64,000 bases of DNA from Vermamoeba vermiformis. Its lineage: Eukaryota. The notes under the pieces were generated by a model. The model saw only the letters and a list, made by a program, of their open reading frames with translations, did not search any database and was not told where the DNA came from. Positions 24,168-39,719 of the stretch are shown in pieces. Every line of letters starts with the position of its first letter. Within the stretch, counting starts at the first letter, position 1. The translations under genes and the position numbers were made by a program. The stretch spans positions 62,001-126,000 of the forward strand of contig JBEWZL010000227.1 in assembly GCA_045837725.1 (NCBI GenBank). The letters are read 5' to 3'.

Positions 24168-27100
24168 ATGGGGCTATTACGTTGGGTTCCTTTAATATAC
24201 ACAGCCATATTCACAATTGTCTTTGTGTTTATTGGATTGCGAAGTGCCCTTGTTGATCTGGAACCCAACAACTGCAAAATGACGTACATGTGGCCCCAGT
24301 ACGTGCCTGTTAGAGGAATGAAGCACCTTAAATACGACCTGTATTTTTATCGAGAGGGGGAGACCAAGGTAATTACACGCATCCCAATTTTTTTTCCTAC
24401 CGCTTGATCCGCTCGAACTTTTAGTGTTCTGTAAATATATATCGAGCAATAAAGCGATCAAAATATTTGAATAAAATTTGACAAAATATTCGAGCATCTG
24501 ATATTTTTTTCAATTAGTGATTTATTACTAATTTTAATTTTATAGCCTATGAGCTCGATACCAAAACTATATGGTGTGCCCGTTCTATTTATACCAGGCA
24601 ATGCAGGCAGCTATCGACAGGTAATTATTATTAATCAAATTTTGACTGGATCTGCTCGGATAAATTATGCCAGCTTGAACATATAAAGCCCGATGCATAT
24701 ATTATTGCCCAACATTTTTTTCATAAAGAAATACGCAGTGATTGACTCCGTTTCAATTTTATCAATTTCATTTTCTGATCCACGCCAGAAATACTTTCCC
24801 TTAATAATTTGTACTTAAAAATCGAATGCCATAGTATAGTACCAATACAATTAAGCCGTTTTGCTTAAATTTTAAAGCACAATTTTGTTCGAAAGATCTA
24901 TACCTGGATCTCACTAGGCCTAGACTCAATTATAATACTATCAACTAAAAATAGCATAGTGCGAGTTAAATTTCAGCTGCTTTAATCTCGAGTTATAGCT
25001 AAAACTAACCATTATTACTGTCTTACGTTTTTCCGGGATCAGATCCAAACCAACATCACCAATACAAGATTATCTCTATTTACCCGTGCAAACACTTAGT
25101 AACGTAATTTATATTATATATAGGTTCGGTCGTTAGGCTCAGTGTCTGCTTGGACTCACAGCTCGAGAAATTTGAGTAATTTGCACGACTCAGATCTGTC
25201 ACATATCGTATGTACTCTATTAATTGCTTATAATCCATATAATATAGCAACATGGGTATATTATATAATGCTAACAAAGACGCATGACTGATAATATAAC
25301 AAAAAAATTGGACCGAATAATTCACATATCGAGCCTTTTGTCGCTCATTAAAATTAATTACCTCAGTGCATTTATTATTGCGTTATTATATTAACGATAT
25401 TTATTCCTATTATAGAAGCTGGAGGCTCCGCCAGTCCGTGGCAAGAAGTTGAATGAGTTTGACTTTTTTACGGCTGATTTTGATGAAGAGCTGACAGCGT
25501 TGAACGGAGACCTATTGTTCAATCAAATCGATTTTGTGAATGATTGCATCAAACATATTTTATCGCTCTATCATGGCGAGAAGGGACAAAAGGTATGAAA
25601 ATTTGCAAAAAAATATTGTAAAAATTCAGAAAAATTCGAATATTGCGCAAAATTCGATATATTATCGTGCAGATAATTATATGCGCCTGAATTTTGCTTT
25701 TGGTGCCAGCGGAACATTTTTAAATTTATAATTAATTCTTTTTTTATGTAGCCCACTAGCGTTATCCTCGTAGGCCATTCTATGGGAGGTCTTGTTGCTC
25801 GTGGAGCATTTACCGCTGCGAACTACAATCCTGGCTCAATTAAGACGATAATCACAATCAACAGTCCTCACCGAGTAGATCCGCTCTTATTTCACCGTTC
25901 TTCGGGCAGATCTTATAGAATAGTTAATGGATTTTGGAAGGAAGAGCTATATAATCCCGACAAGCTTGCCAATAGTAAGTATTTTCAAAATTTCTCGTCG
26001 GTACTCGCGATCCGGATGCTGTCGCAATTTTTCCTTATTAAAATAAGAACTGAATATTAACAATATGCGATATTAGGTGCGTTGAAGGATGTTGCAGTAT
26101 TGTCGATTGCTGGTGGTAATAGGTAAGAGAATGCACAATTTAATAGTATTTTTTTTATTATATATGAACGAACCATAGACGAATGTATTATATTTAAATA
26201 GGGATATTCAAGTGAGCAGTGACCTCTCTTCGCTTGAATTAATCGCTCCTGAGACGCACCAGTTCTCTACTATTGCTACCTCAGTTCCGTACGTTTGGCT
26301 CTCGACTGATCACTTGGTAAGTCTTTAAATTTCAATACAATGTGATATTTAGAAATAATAGTTACCAATGCACGTATTATATCACATATAATCATTAATG
26401 TAATGTTTTGAAACGACGGTTGGATCACATCTGCAGCACAAAAATTAATTGAATCAATATTGAATAGAGATATTATGGACTTATATTTATATCGTTTTTA
26501 ATGCATCGTATGACTCTAATGCTTTTTTTTTGCGGGATCTAGTCGAGTGTCTGGTGCAATCAACTCGTTTACGTCCTCAGCGAGACTTTATTCGATTTAA
26601 TTGATCCAGCGACGAAACAAGACACTTATCCACTCGAAGAACGTATGAGAATATTTAAGCAGCAATTCCAAAGCAAATTACCCGAAGCTTTGAGTTTTGT
26701 GGATGCGCTGCCCGATCTGCACCGCGGAGCCGTTCAAGACACCGAGAAGTGGATTGGAAGACCTTATGCTGAAGCATTCGTACATCATCACACGATCACT
26801 CAAACGAGGCACATGAAGTGGCATATTTCTGAGTAAGTCACCGGATCTCGCATCTCATCATTGCCTCAATAGTATCGTAGCATAGTAAATTGCCTAAATA
26901 TCAAATTAATGCACGATATATAATATATTTTCTACTAAACAGAGGCTAAATTGAGATCCGATCCGTTACAAAACTAACTTAATTTTGTATTTATTTAGAA
27001 ATTACCATGAATACAAATTTACGATGGTAACTGGTTTGCCCAAAGAAAATCTCACTGCTAAGCTCTGCAAAGCCGATTTTGTTGATTGTTTAGACTTGGA

Positions 27101-29742
27101 CGACAAGATCACGCCAGTGCTTCACTCAGTTGAGCCTGGAGTGCGCGAATTCGACACGAAAATTGTTCCTATGAACATATTGGTGCTCATGCCCGAGGCT
27201 CTTAAAGGTAAGATTTCATTCTGTAGTACTATTTTCAACTTTTCAGTTCGATCCAAGCAAATCCGTTACTTTGGCGCACTCAATAATATATATGTGCATA
27301 TAATTAATATGCTATTATAGGCTACGACTATCTACTCGTTGAAGTTCAGCCTCCCAAGAACAAGGAACCCAGCTTCTTTATTGCTCAATGGTACGGCTTG
27401 GCCGAGTCAAGAATTGTTGTGGACCCTCCTATGTTTAAAGGTAATGCATAATTATATTTACTTAGGGCATTATTCGATTAATTTGAAAGACGAGATCGGC
27501 TACCGTCGATTGCGGATCTGATCTCTTAGTGTCGAATATATATTTACTAGGCATTTGATGCTTATTATAGTACTGCTAGTCTTATGTAATTTTTAACGAT
27601 CGTTTGCTTTATTTAGAGTACATGATTACCCTGCCTAAACAACATCCGATCATCGTCGACTTTGTGTTCGAAAATTTGAGCAAATTCCAAGCACTCTCGT
27701 TCAAAGTTGCGCGCAAAGAGTGTTCTACGACCATTAAACAAATCGCAGATGATTTGAAGTCGGTCGTGGTGCAGCTGAACGAAGAGACCAAAGAAGAAAA
27801 GCACTCTAGCTTGCCAGTGACGGTGATCAAGTACGAGATCTGTTCGCAGAACAAGACACAGTGCTTCAACAATATTCATGCACTGTTGTTCTCGCATCCT
27901 GGCTGCGAGTACGAGGTACGTACTGGATAATAATCCAAAAGAAATTCTTCGAAAAGTCATATTATTATTATTATTTTCTATTGTCTGTATTTATTCTCCT
28001 CACAAACTCTTTAATTCTTTCAATTTTAACCACATTTGTACTCAAAATTTAATCTCTTCGTCGAATCGAGTTCGTTGGTTTAGAGCTCTAAGCTGGATCC
28101 GGCACTAATATACTTATTTCTCATATAGATTGAGATTAGCCCGAATATTTTCGAATCATTAGGTCAAGTCTTCCGTGGCTATTTAATGCTCGGCATTGCG
28201 TGTTGTTTTGCCGCAACATTTTTCATCATGTTCCAACAGTTCAGAAGATATCGAAAGACAGGTACGACATTCGTATTTATAGACAGTATACATATGTTAC
28301 ATATACTCGATAATCAGGAGTAATCAGCAAATCTAAATTTGTTGAGTTTTTTTCGTGCTTTGATCTAGATCCGTTTTTGACATTATTTTGTGGCAGGTGT
28401 CTATCCCTCGCTGTGGGAAAGTCTCCGTGACGTGCATTACAACTACGTGACAGTAATCTTTGTCATCATTTCATTCGTGGACATTGTCATCGGACCGATT
28501 TTCACTGAAACAGTCTTCACGTTGACTCAAGAATTCTTGCGCCACGGCTTATTGACCTTGCCCTATCCTTGGCCCAACTTGCCTATTTTGTTCATGTTGC
28601 ATTTCTTGGCCATTTCAATCGTGGGCATTTGGTACATGGCTGCATCGTTGTTGTACTTTGTGTTGACGTTTAGAGTCGGATTTAGAGCTGAAAATGACAA
28701 GCCAAGGTACGATATATATAGAATGAATATCATTACTAAATTAGCTCTTTTTGCAAAATTATTTTTTATTGCGATCTGATCTTGCAAACTTAGAATCTTA
28801 TCTTATCTTATCTTCTTTCGAAAAAGAATCAGTACTAATAATATTATCTATACACTAGCAGGCCCGAAAAGTTCTCGTTCTCATTTGTGTTCGTGCTGTA
28901 CATGCTCATCGTGTTCGGCAGCTTCTTTTTCTTGCACTACTCGGTCACACTCATTGTCGCACTCGTCTATTTCTTGCTCTCCATGAAATACTATCAGAAT
29001 AAGGTACGCATTTATCATCCTATTTGTAGCAATATTACCCCTAAATTACTACTTAATTTTTGTCGGGTCACACCACTTCCGGTTCGTTCGTACTCATTTA
29101 TTTTTATTTATTGTAGAACAAGTGGCACTTTGCACAGACGCTATTTGTGCTGTATTCGTTCTTGCTAATCATTGTCATTCCTTCTTTGGTCATTTGGGTC
29201 AAAGGTAAGTCCGAGTAACAGCTGCGACTTTTTGGTGGATCTGAATCCGTTTTGGATCTGAGCAACTATGCTTAAAAATTATTATTTGAAGTAGTGTAGC
29301 GCGTATATCTGTAACAATACGAGATTATATTCGAAACAGTTGATCACGATTCCTAATATTTTTAAATGCAGATCTGAAGTACGGCTGGAAATGGCCCGAC
29401 ATGGAATTTGCAGTGCTACTCATTGCTATTCACGTCTATATAGTGCGATTCTTGGAATTACCGAAAGGCAAATCAATCAGCTATTTAATGCTGCTCGCAT
29501 CTGCTGCAGTCGAATTGGCGTGCTTGCACACAGTTTACAGAATGATGAGCGTATTAATTGGCGTGACTTTAATATTCATCACGGTGCCGTTGTTTAATAA
29601 GCCAAGTAATAATAAGGACGATAATTGTAATAATAGAAACGAAAAGAAATTGAGCGCGAAAGAAGACAAGAAAAGCAATGACAGCAAAAAACTTTTAAAA
29701 TCGAAAACAAACTCGAAACAATCTGCAAAAAACAACAAATAA
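24168..29742 (+). CDS. PGAP1: GPI inositol-deacylase (PGAP1/Bst1)
   Basis: N-terminal TM, CKMTYMWPQY, VPVLFIPGNAGSYRQVRS, lipase motif GHSMGG, GGNRDIQV, VWLSTDH, multiple C-terminal TM segments. Confidence 0.92.
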
Positions 29743-30005
29743 AACAGTTTTGTTAATACTCGCTACGAACAAACTCGACGTTATAAAGTTGGATTCAAAT
29801 TTCGAAATTTTAGATCCTCATTAATTTTATCCAATAAACTGACCAAGAAGACGCTTTAATAGATAGATCTAGTTCATATAGCATAATATGCGCTCTGGTT
29901 GTTGATTTATTGAGGTTTGAATCTTCGCAAGAAAATTCCAAGCCCGCTACAATTTTCTTGGCGTAACAGTTACGCTTGTTTTGTTCGTTAGTACAACAAA
30001 CTAAG

Positions 30006-32068
30006 ATGAAAGTCTTGATTGTCTTTGCGGCCTTGTTGGCTGTGGCTTTTGCCGGAATTACTTTCCCCAACATCACTCAAAACTACGGTTACATCAACGC
30101 CAACAGGTAATCAGTCGCGAGATCCATCGATCTACCAACTAGATTTTGTTCTTGGCTTATTATCTTTATTAATCCTTCTAATATTATAGCCAATATGGTG
30201 TCAACTTGTTCTACTGGGAGTTCGACTCTTTGGACAAGCCCGCAACTGATCCTCTCGTTGTTTGGTTGACTGGTGGACCCGGCTGCTCTTCTGAAGTTGC
30301 TATGTTCTTCGAGAACGGCCCTTATACTGTCAACGACGACTTGACTCTTACTTTCAATCCTTATACGTAAGTGCGGAGAATGCGGATTTGGATCAAAAAA
30401 ATATTAAACGGTTTCAATGAGGCTTAATTTTAGGAAAAATTAGTGCTATATGAAAATAGCACTAAAATATCATTTTTAAGTATTTTAATCGATAAAATTC
30501 TAATACGTTTGTATTCCATCCTCGATCTGCTACCGTACAGCAAAGAGAACCATGCTTTCTCTGCTTATATCTATACCATTATATGAATCTAATAATTGAT
30601 CGCACGACTACGATGAATCTAACGATTGATTACACAGTTGGAACTCTCACGCCAATTTGCTCTACGTCGATCAACCGGGAGGGTAATGTTTCGCTGCGAC
30701 TGATCGTTCTAATAAATAGTATACTAATATTCGCCAATGTAGCACTGGCTTCTCTTACGTCAACAACCCTTCTGGTTATGTCCATAGCGAAGATCAAGTT
30801 GCCGATGACTTCTACACTTTCCTCGTTGGTTTCTTCAAGAAGTACCCCAAATTCGTTGGTCGTGACTTCTATATCACTGGTGAATCTTATGCTGGAGTAA
30901 GTGTTTGAACCTTCACCACTTGTTGAATTATCCGTTACAAATCCGCGAGTTTGAACTTGTTGTTTTACTGCTGAGACTGACTCGCTTTGTTTAGCACTAC
31001 ATTCCTGCCATCGCCGCTAAAATCGTTGATATGAACAAGAAGAGCAGCTTCAAGATCAACTTGAAGGGTAAGTAACACCAAATCCGCGACCGGATTCACA
31101 TCTGAACTCGAAGCTAATCCTTATTTTATCGCACAGCCGTTGCTATTGGTAACGGTTTGGTTGATCATCTCATCCAAGACAAGTCCTATGCTCCTTACTT
31201 GTACGCCCACGGTTTGATCGGCCAAGACGTCGTTCAACAAATGAACCAAGCCTACGCTCAATGCCAACAAGATATTGAAGCTGGTGAATATACGAACGCC
31301 TTCAGCGACTGCAGCTTGGTTATCCAGATTGGTCGTCAAGCCGCTGGCAACATCAACGTTTACGACATCCGCAAGCAATGCGACGGCAATTTGTGCTACG
31401 ATCTTAGCAACATCGAAAACTACTTTGCTCAATCCTCCGTCATTAACCAGCTCGGCGTTGGTAACGCTCAATGGACTCCTTGCAATGAATACGTTTACCA
31501 ATACTTGGTTAATGACTTTGAGGCCTCGTACAGATTCGATCTCGTCAAGTTGTTGGCAAACCAAGTCCGCGTTCTCATCTACAACGGTAAGTATTAATAT
31601 TTGGAGAATTTATCCATATTTTTGGAATTACTTGGCGGGTTTTTTGGACCATTTTCGGATCGAGGTGGATCGCATACTTTGAACAACTTTCTGACATTTG
31701 TTAATTCAAGGTGAATACGACTTCATCTGCAACTTCTACGGCTCTGCTGAGATGGTTAACACTATGCAATGGTCTGGTCAACAAGCTTTCCTCCAAGCCC
31801 AAAACACCACTTGGAACTACAACGGCCAAGCTGTTGGTAACTCTCGTACTGCCAACGGTTTGACTTTCGTCGTCGTTTACAATGCTGGTCACTTGGTTCC
31901 TCACGATCAAGTAAGTACTGATAAGCCTATCATATCATTTTGAAAAGTTAAAGCTTTTTGGTGTCTGGATGTGGCTCCACGTACTGACCTTTTTTTTTTT
32001 CTTTCTTTCAGCCCGCCGCTGCTCTTGACTTGTTGACTCGCTTCATCAAGAACAAGCCTTTCAACTAA
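30006..32068 (+). CDS. Serine carboxypeptidase, peptidase family S10 (copy A)
   Basis: Signal peptide; [52 protein letters not shown]. Confidence 0.95.
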
Positions 32069-32930
32069 ATAGCTTAAATTAAGTGACTTGGGCATGGGCT
32101 CTTTCGCTAGATCTTGCTCATGTCTCCGTAAAGACGTGCGACTAAGCCTTTCCATTTATATTCATCCGACTTCAATGACCTTGTTCTATTGGTCTTAAAT
32201 AAACAACTTTCATCTCATATCGAATCGTTTCATTGACGAAAAGTATGCGTATTGGCTTTCTCTGACATCGTGTTTGGACTCATGTGCATCCGTACAACTG
32301 CTGCCAAACACGTGACCGATGGCAAGATATGTTAGACAAAGGGAGTCTTAGTGAATGATCGTATGATATAATAGTGCCTGGTGATGTATAAGGGCAAGGT
32401 ATCGTCGTGAAATGTAACCCTCGCACGTGTCATTAACATTGGAAGACGATCAGCTAAGTCAACAAAAATTAAACGATAATTGTTAATATACTGCAAATAT
32501 ATTTATGGCTTACCGGTAAGTAGTAATAGCGTCTCCAAGCAAATCCAGGGTTTGTTGCAATTATTTGAATATTTTGAAACACTTCGCTTGCCAAGCTTCA
32601 CAGCCGTCACAATATTTTTTAGATAATAACGTAATATTTTTTGGCAATAGATTGTCGTCAACATGCGAGAATACCAAGATCCCAGGTAAAAGAACTAAAT
32701 CTGTTTCTGGCAGTGCGTAAATCGCTCCATACTCGTGTTATATACAATATGGAATATAATATTATATAATAGGCCATTAGTAATATGATTTGTGGTACTG
32801 AACGCAATAAAAGGATGCGTTAATTTTTGCCGTCATTTTGATTTTGAACTGCAACGCGCGAAACATCTTACAAAAAAGACAAATAGAATATTTATACATT
32901 ATATTGATGATATTTAATTAATATTGGCAA

Positions 32931-33928
32931 ATGAACGCGTCTTTGATAGAATTGTTGCCGTTCGAATTAATTGAATGGATTCTGTTGCACTGCCAGGACC
33001 AACTAGTCGCTGTAACTTTGCCTAGAGTATCAAAATATTTTAAACGAATTACTGGCGAAGATGAAATCATTTGGAAATCAAAATGTGTCAAACAAGATTT
33101 GGATGTAAAAGCAAAATCTTCGGATCAAACTTGGAAGCATTTTTATTTTGCAAGTAAGTATTTATTATTTTATTTTAGCCCCTTTATTATTTATTTTTAT
33201 TCTAATTTTAACTTTTATCTGACAGTTGAGCTCAAATTATTTCCACTGTGCGGATTAACGCTCGGAGAATTTGGTGATTTCAAACAACTAGGAAAAGTGC
33301 GCACTGGTACACCAGGAGAGACATATTATAAGACTATAAACGATATCAGATTCTGGTTTAACAAGGATCAGATCTTCAACACGCTCTATCTTGTTTTCAA
33401 CAAAACAATTTTGCCCAAGTAAGTCCTATCAAATAAAGTGTTATAATTATAATAGTATGACGCTAAAGCGACTTATTCTCGATTAGTATTAGCGTTGAAA
33501 TTGATTTTTAATTTAGTTTTTAGACTTCGGATCTGCTTGGCTAAATTTAATATTTTTTTATTTTTAGAGCTTGGGAGGAACAAGGCCTAACATTCGATTT
33601 AAATATAGAAGAATGCAAGGATTTAATGCGCTTCAAGTTCCGAAACTACAGCGTAATTGCAAAAGATACCCAAACGAGGCTGATCTCCGTTGCCAAGTTA
33701 AAAGCTGATTCATTTTATACTATAACATTCGTATTTGATCCATATACTAGGAGAGGTATGGCCTAATTGTTTTTTAAATATAATCTGATTTAATTACAAT
33801 TATAGTTTTCTAATTTAAAATTTGCTAAAGGCTCGGATTATATATTATACAGCATTACCTTGTTATGGCTACCAAATCCTACTATTGAAGAGTTAGAGCA
33901 GTATTATAATAAAATATGTCGAGGTTAA
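32931..33928 (+). CDS. F-box protein with uncharacterised C-terminal domain
   Basis: LIELLPFELIEWILLHC…LPRVSKYFKRI…IWKSKC…WKHFY; 4 putative exons ending TAA 33926-33928. Confidence 0.7.
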
Positions 33929-34046
33929 GCGAAACAATCAACTGTTTTTTAATACAGATCTGTTACAATGTTCTTTACAGCAACAAATCTTCCGACTAAT
34001 ATGTACGTTGAATTTTACAATAAATTTTCTATTGATTTGCAATATA

Positions 34047-34909
34047 TTAGCTTTTGTCATCAGCAGCTTCAGAAGCCTGAGTGGATGTGGCGTCAGATTC
34101 AGCCGTCGAATTGGTTTCAGCCTCATCATCTTGATTGACAGGGAATGTGCATTGAAATAGCTTATGTCCAAATTTGTTACAATTAGGGCACGTGCCTTTA
34201 AAGGGCCAATGAATTTTAAGTCTTAAATTTGGCAGATCCAACCGCCGAATTCCTGCAATGCTTTCAGGAAGTGCTTTGAATAGAACAGAAAAACCGCCAC
34301 TATATATTATTGCACTTTTGTACATCATTCTATGCCGCCACATGTCGTGAAAAGGCTCTTTTACGAGGTTAGCCAAGGCCTGGATCCCTTCGTCGGACGT
34401 CCATCCAGAACCAGTCCATTGAAAATCAACTTTGAACCCCTTAACAGATACATCAGGTGTATAATAACAATAATGTCGTTTGGATGCTACATTAATCGTT
34501 GTTAATCCGCGCAAAGGTTCGAGTGAGCAATTGAAGCGAACAGATGTACCAGCTGAAAACTCTTGTGTGCCGACTAATTTGTCCGCTAAATCATCTTTCA
34601 ATCCTTCTTTTAGTGCTTCTAGTATATTCTCGGTGCATAACTTGATTGTGGAATTAGGATCGTTGAATACAAACAGCTCTGAAATGAAATCTTTGGATGT
34701 GGCCGTTGAAAAATTCTTTGGCTCTGAAGAAGAATCGTGTAATGATCTATACTTATAATATATTATTACAATGGCACAAAACAATTATTTAGAATTATTG
34801 GGCAAAAACTGAATCCGTTTTTGCGATCCATCTTTTTTTATACATACAAATTATCCAAAAGCTGTTCGGTGCTGGTTATATCATTAGTACTGATACTACT
34901 CGACGACAT
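34047..34909 (-). CDS. CCHC zinc-knuckle protein resembling LINE ORF1p/ZCCHC3
   Basis: Two exons (short exon from ATG 34909; in-frame phase-2 GT-AG intron about 34748-34847); CPNCNKFGHKLFQC matches CX2CX4HX4C; acidic tail. Confidence 0.65.
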
Positions 34910-35128
34910 GGTGCAAGTATCACATGAGTTGAGGTATTTCTTGCGGGGTTTTTTTGTTGCAACAAATCGGACGGCATTTTTTTTTTGACGCATGTCAACT
35001 ATTATTGCATTGAGTGTCAAGTTTGGCATTATTTATTATATTAACGCACACTTGCATTCATAAGCAACTTCTTTATTGGAATAATATCAATAGAAACAAG
35101 ATCCGAAAACAAATACTCAGTCTATTGA

Positions 35129-38100
35129 ATGGGAGACACTGAAAGTAAGCAATAATACTATATATTTGTATAATACTGCCAAAATATTTATATGACAGTA
35201 TAATATGCAAAATACTCGATTATTATAGTAGACGTAACGGTCCAGATCTGTGACATCTAAAAATCTTAATTAAATAAGCCACTCATTGATTTTTATTACA
35301 TCAATAATGATATAAATATTCAAAACAAATTAATTTTAATATTTACGCTGAAAATCTGATTGAATAACAAAATCTTTTTTGGTCCTGATCGGATTCACAA
35401 GAACATAATTTAATTAACATGTACATAATTATTATGTAGAAAAAACCAATGACTATGGTCGATTAGCACAATCAAGACCTGCCAATACGACAAACGGACC
35501 CGAGCAAGTTCCGAAACAGAATCCACTTTCGTTATCTTCAGGAAGCATTCCTAATCCTGAGACTAGTAGTGTCGATAGTAATGATGATAGGGTATGATAT
35601 TTAGACTGGTCTTATTGAATTATCTTTAAACTCTCGATAAAATAATTAATTATTATTTTTAATTTTTAAAACGACTCGTTTCGTTAACATTAGCCCATAT
35701 TTCTATAAATAGATGTTATTATTAATAATATTTTATTTCGTTTTTAGTCCGTCGAAGCGCTGGATCCGGAGTCACCAAAGAAAGGCAAAAAAGGAATTAA
35801 AAATTGTAAGTGCTTGATATGCTGCTATTTTAGGCCTTTTTATTATCGACAATAATGGTGCACCCTGCAATATTTTATCTCAACAAAATAATGCTCTCTA
35901 ATATCTGCATCCGAAAAATTTTATCCTTAATTTCGCTTTGTTTTAAATATATATCATTCATATTAATATCTTTATAGTCTTTTCCAAAACAGTGCCTAGT
36001 ATATTTACATTTGGCTTCAAAAAGAACAACGGTCCCAATGCCAGTAACAATTCTGGACCGACCAGCGATAAATCTGGCGAAGAACAAATGCAAAGTAATA
36101 ACAGCGCGACAGTACCAGCAACATTGCCTAATATGGCAACTGCGATTATGAAACAGGCCAATGCTGATTTGACTATTTGGGGCATGCCGTTGCAAATTGC
36201 AGCCAGGCGGAGTGATCCCCGAGGATTAGTGCCACTACCGATTTCAAAGGCCATTTCATTCGTGGAAGCACATGGATTGGATGTACGTATTGCCTTATTA
36301 GGAAATATCGTGGACGCAGTCCTAAAAGTAGAAAAAATTATGCACTTAATTTTTAAATACACATCCGCTTTTTTTCGAACGAAAAAGACTTTCATACTCT
36401 AATAGCAAACATATATATAACAACTATATATATATATTAATTTTTGGTATTAATTATAGGTAGAAGGCTTGTACAGAATTCCAGCTAAGAAATCGCGCAT
36501 TGAAGAAATACGAGATCTGTTCGATAAAGGTTTGTTGCTAATATTTCATGCAATTATACCATATATAGTAATAGTACCGCGATATCATTTAATTTTTTTC
36601 TTAATTTAATCAGGCAAAGGAGACTTTGTGGTGTTCGGTGAACACGGCATCCGCGAAGCAACAGGCACGCTCGTGAATTACATCAATAACTTGCCCGAAC
36701 CTATTTACACTCGCTCTTTATCACCGAGTCTTCACGCGGCTGCTGGTACGTTCAATTTAATCGAAATTAATTCGCTCAAAATTTCCAAGAAATAAGATCC
36801 GTTACAAAACTCTTTTAAAGCTTCATTTAAAGCCCTCTAGGCAACTATATGAATTTAATATAATATTTATAATATTTAGCGTAATTAATCGTATCGATTT
36901 GTAGCTCTCGGAGATTTAAAGCAGATCCGCGAAGTTTTGAAGCAATTACCAGCTCCAAACAAAGAGACACTCAAGACATTTTGTGCCCACTTGAATAAAG
37001 TGTCTAAGGTAATATATATATATATTAGTGCTTTTATAATAGTCTAATTACCTCTTTTAGTCCTCAGAAATGAATAAGATGAATATCGAAAATTTAGCGA
37101 CGAGTTTTGGACCTGATTATAGCAAAATATTGGCTATTCTCGTCAACAATATAGAAAAGTAAGTGGTTCGATGCAACAATCGATTAAATTACGCTATTTT
37201 TACGGTTTTTGTACTGGATCTAACAGCGGATCTGACGTTTTTTAGTGTATTCGCAGAGACAATAGTATTTGGTGTTGCTCTCGACAAAGTATTACAAAGA
37301 AGTGTATATGAAGTCCCTGAAGTGCTCATAACCTGCTTTTTATTAATTGAAACGTACCGTAAGTAACAACAACGATCGTTGTTGGATGTAGTTCGCGAAC
37401 CACATCCGCTACAAAACCTTTTGAATCATTTAGTCCTCAATAATAAGCTTAGATTCGTGCGTATTATTAACTAAAATAATTTTTTAGCGTTTGATCGGAG
37501 GTACATTTACTATCAGAGCGGAGATCTGAATCGAATCCGGCACCTTAAAATGCAATTCAACAGCGGTGAAATAGTCGCCTTAGAACCAACGGATATATAT
37601 AATGCTGCTGGAATAGCCAAGGTATTTATCCGTAATAATATATTTAATATTCTCGTTTGAAAAAATACGAGATCGAATTTCAATTATTATAAACAGGATC
37701 TAATTTACGATTGCTTTAGATGTTCTTTTCAGAGCTGCCAGAATCGGCATTTACGTCGACGTTAGAGTCATACTTCGTTAAAGTTAAAGGTACGCGTAAT
37801 AGTTTCTCTTTCAAATTTTATCAATTTTGTTTTCCAGTACGCGACTCATCGATTAACGCTTGTTTATCAAACAGACCTGCCTGAACTCGAACAAATTAAT
37901 AGATTACAGGTAATTAAACGTATTCTAGGATACAGAACGTTGCTACTTTCCTCATTCGAAAAATAGATCTAAATCCGCTGAAACCAGAATTTACTATTTT
38001 CGGTTTAATTAATTATCCTATCCCGCAAGTGTATATTAGTACTTATTCTTCTATTTATTAGTATCTTGTCCCGAAACTGCCACCCACGCATTTGAAGACC

Positions 38101-38310
38101 TTGAAAATGTTGTCGCACCACTTCTACATCTTAGCGCAAGACATTGAATGCACGGCAATGACCGTACAACTGCTCTGCGATAGTCTAGGCTACCCGTATA
38201 ACAAGGCACTGCCTCCCTGCGTCATCCACTACCAACGAATCTTCGCCAATAACGAAGCTTATCAGATCGAGCATTGGGACATTACACCGGTCAAAAAGAA
38301 CGCCAAATAA
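35129..38310 (+). CDS. Protein with two tandem RhoGAP domains
   Basis: GAP1: IWGMPL…VPLPISKAISFVEAHGLDVEGLYRIP…LPEPIY…NKMNIENLATSFGP; GAP2: VFGVALD…VPEVLITCF…ELPESAFT…LKTLKMLSHH; ATG 35129 inferred from an in-frame splice. Confidence 0.85.
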
Positions 38311-38850
38311 GCTTGATTGTGTATTACTAGTAATAGTTTCAAATGTAAATAGTATTGCCACATGTCGTAACTCAAAGTTGGACTACAAGGGTAAGCCCGA
38401 ATCATCAATAACACTTAAACATTATGCCGTGCTCATGCAAATCGGATTCCGGGCTGCTTTATGGTCAAACGTGTCAGATCACCGATGCCACCCTCGCACT
38501 TCTCGTGGCCGAAGAATTGCGTAATACACTTGCAAACATTCATTGGTTAATCGCAATGCGGTGCTATATCAAATGTGGACCCATGAATTTGGTCGCAAAT
38601 GCTGAACGCGGCAAGTTTAAGTACTTTAAAGGTATTTTAGCGCTGTGATATTTACGGTTTAGAAAGCAGATCACGGATCTTTTTTGGATCCTAAAAGATC
38701 ACGATCTGTCAATAGATCCAAACGTACTTTGTGCACGTTTTCGCTAAAATATTAGCAGTATAGTAGTGTTTACCGTCTCAAGTCCAATTCCAATAACAGA
38801 TCTGTTGTTAATACTATTTACTTCGATACAAAAAATACGCTATAAAGCCT

Positions 38851-39719
<869 letters not shown>

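Noticed and set aside
28796-28815. (TCTTA)n microsatellite in a PGAP1 intron
   Set aside because: Short simple repeat, expected in AT-rich DNA.
31121-31910. Antisense and alternative-frame ORFs over the carboxypeptidases (also 44375-45261) and ABCC (62076-63769)
   Set aside because: These are shadows of strongly biased codon usage in real genes, with no independent motifs.
38424-38648. Small ORFs in intergenic regions (also 6200-6391, 53735-54019, 60265-60576)
   Set aside because: No domain features or splice support; they lie in probable UTR or promoter space.
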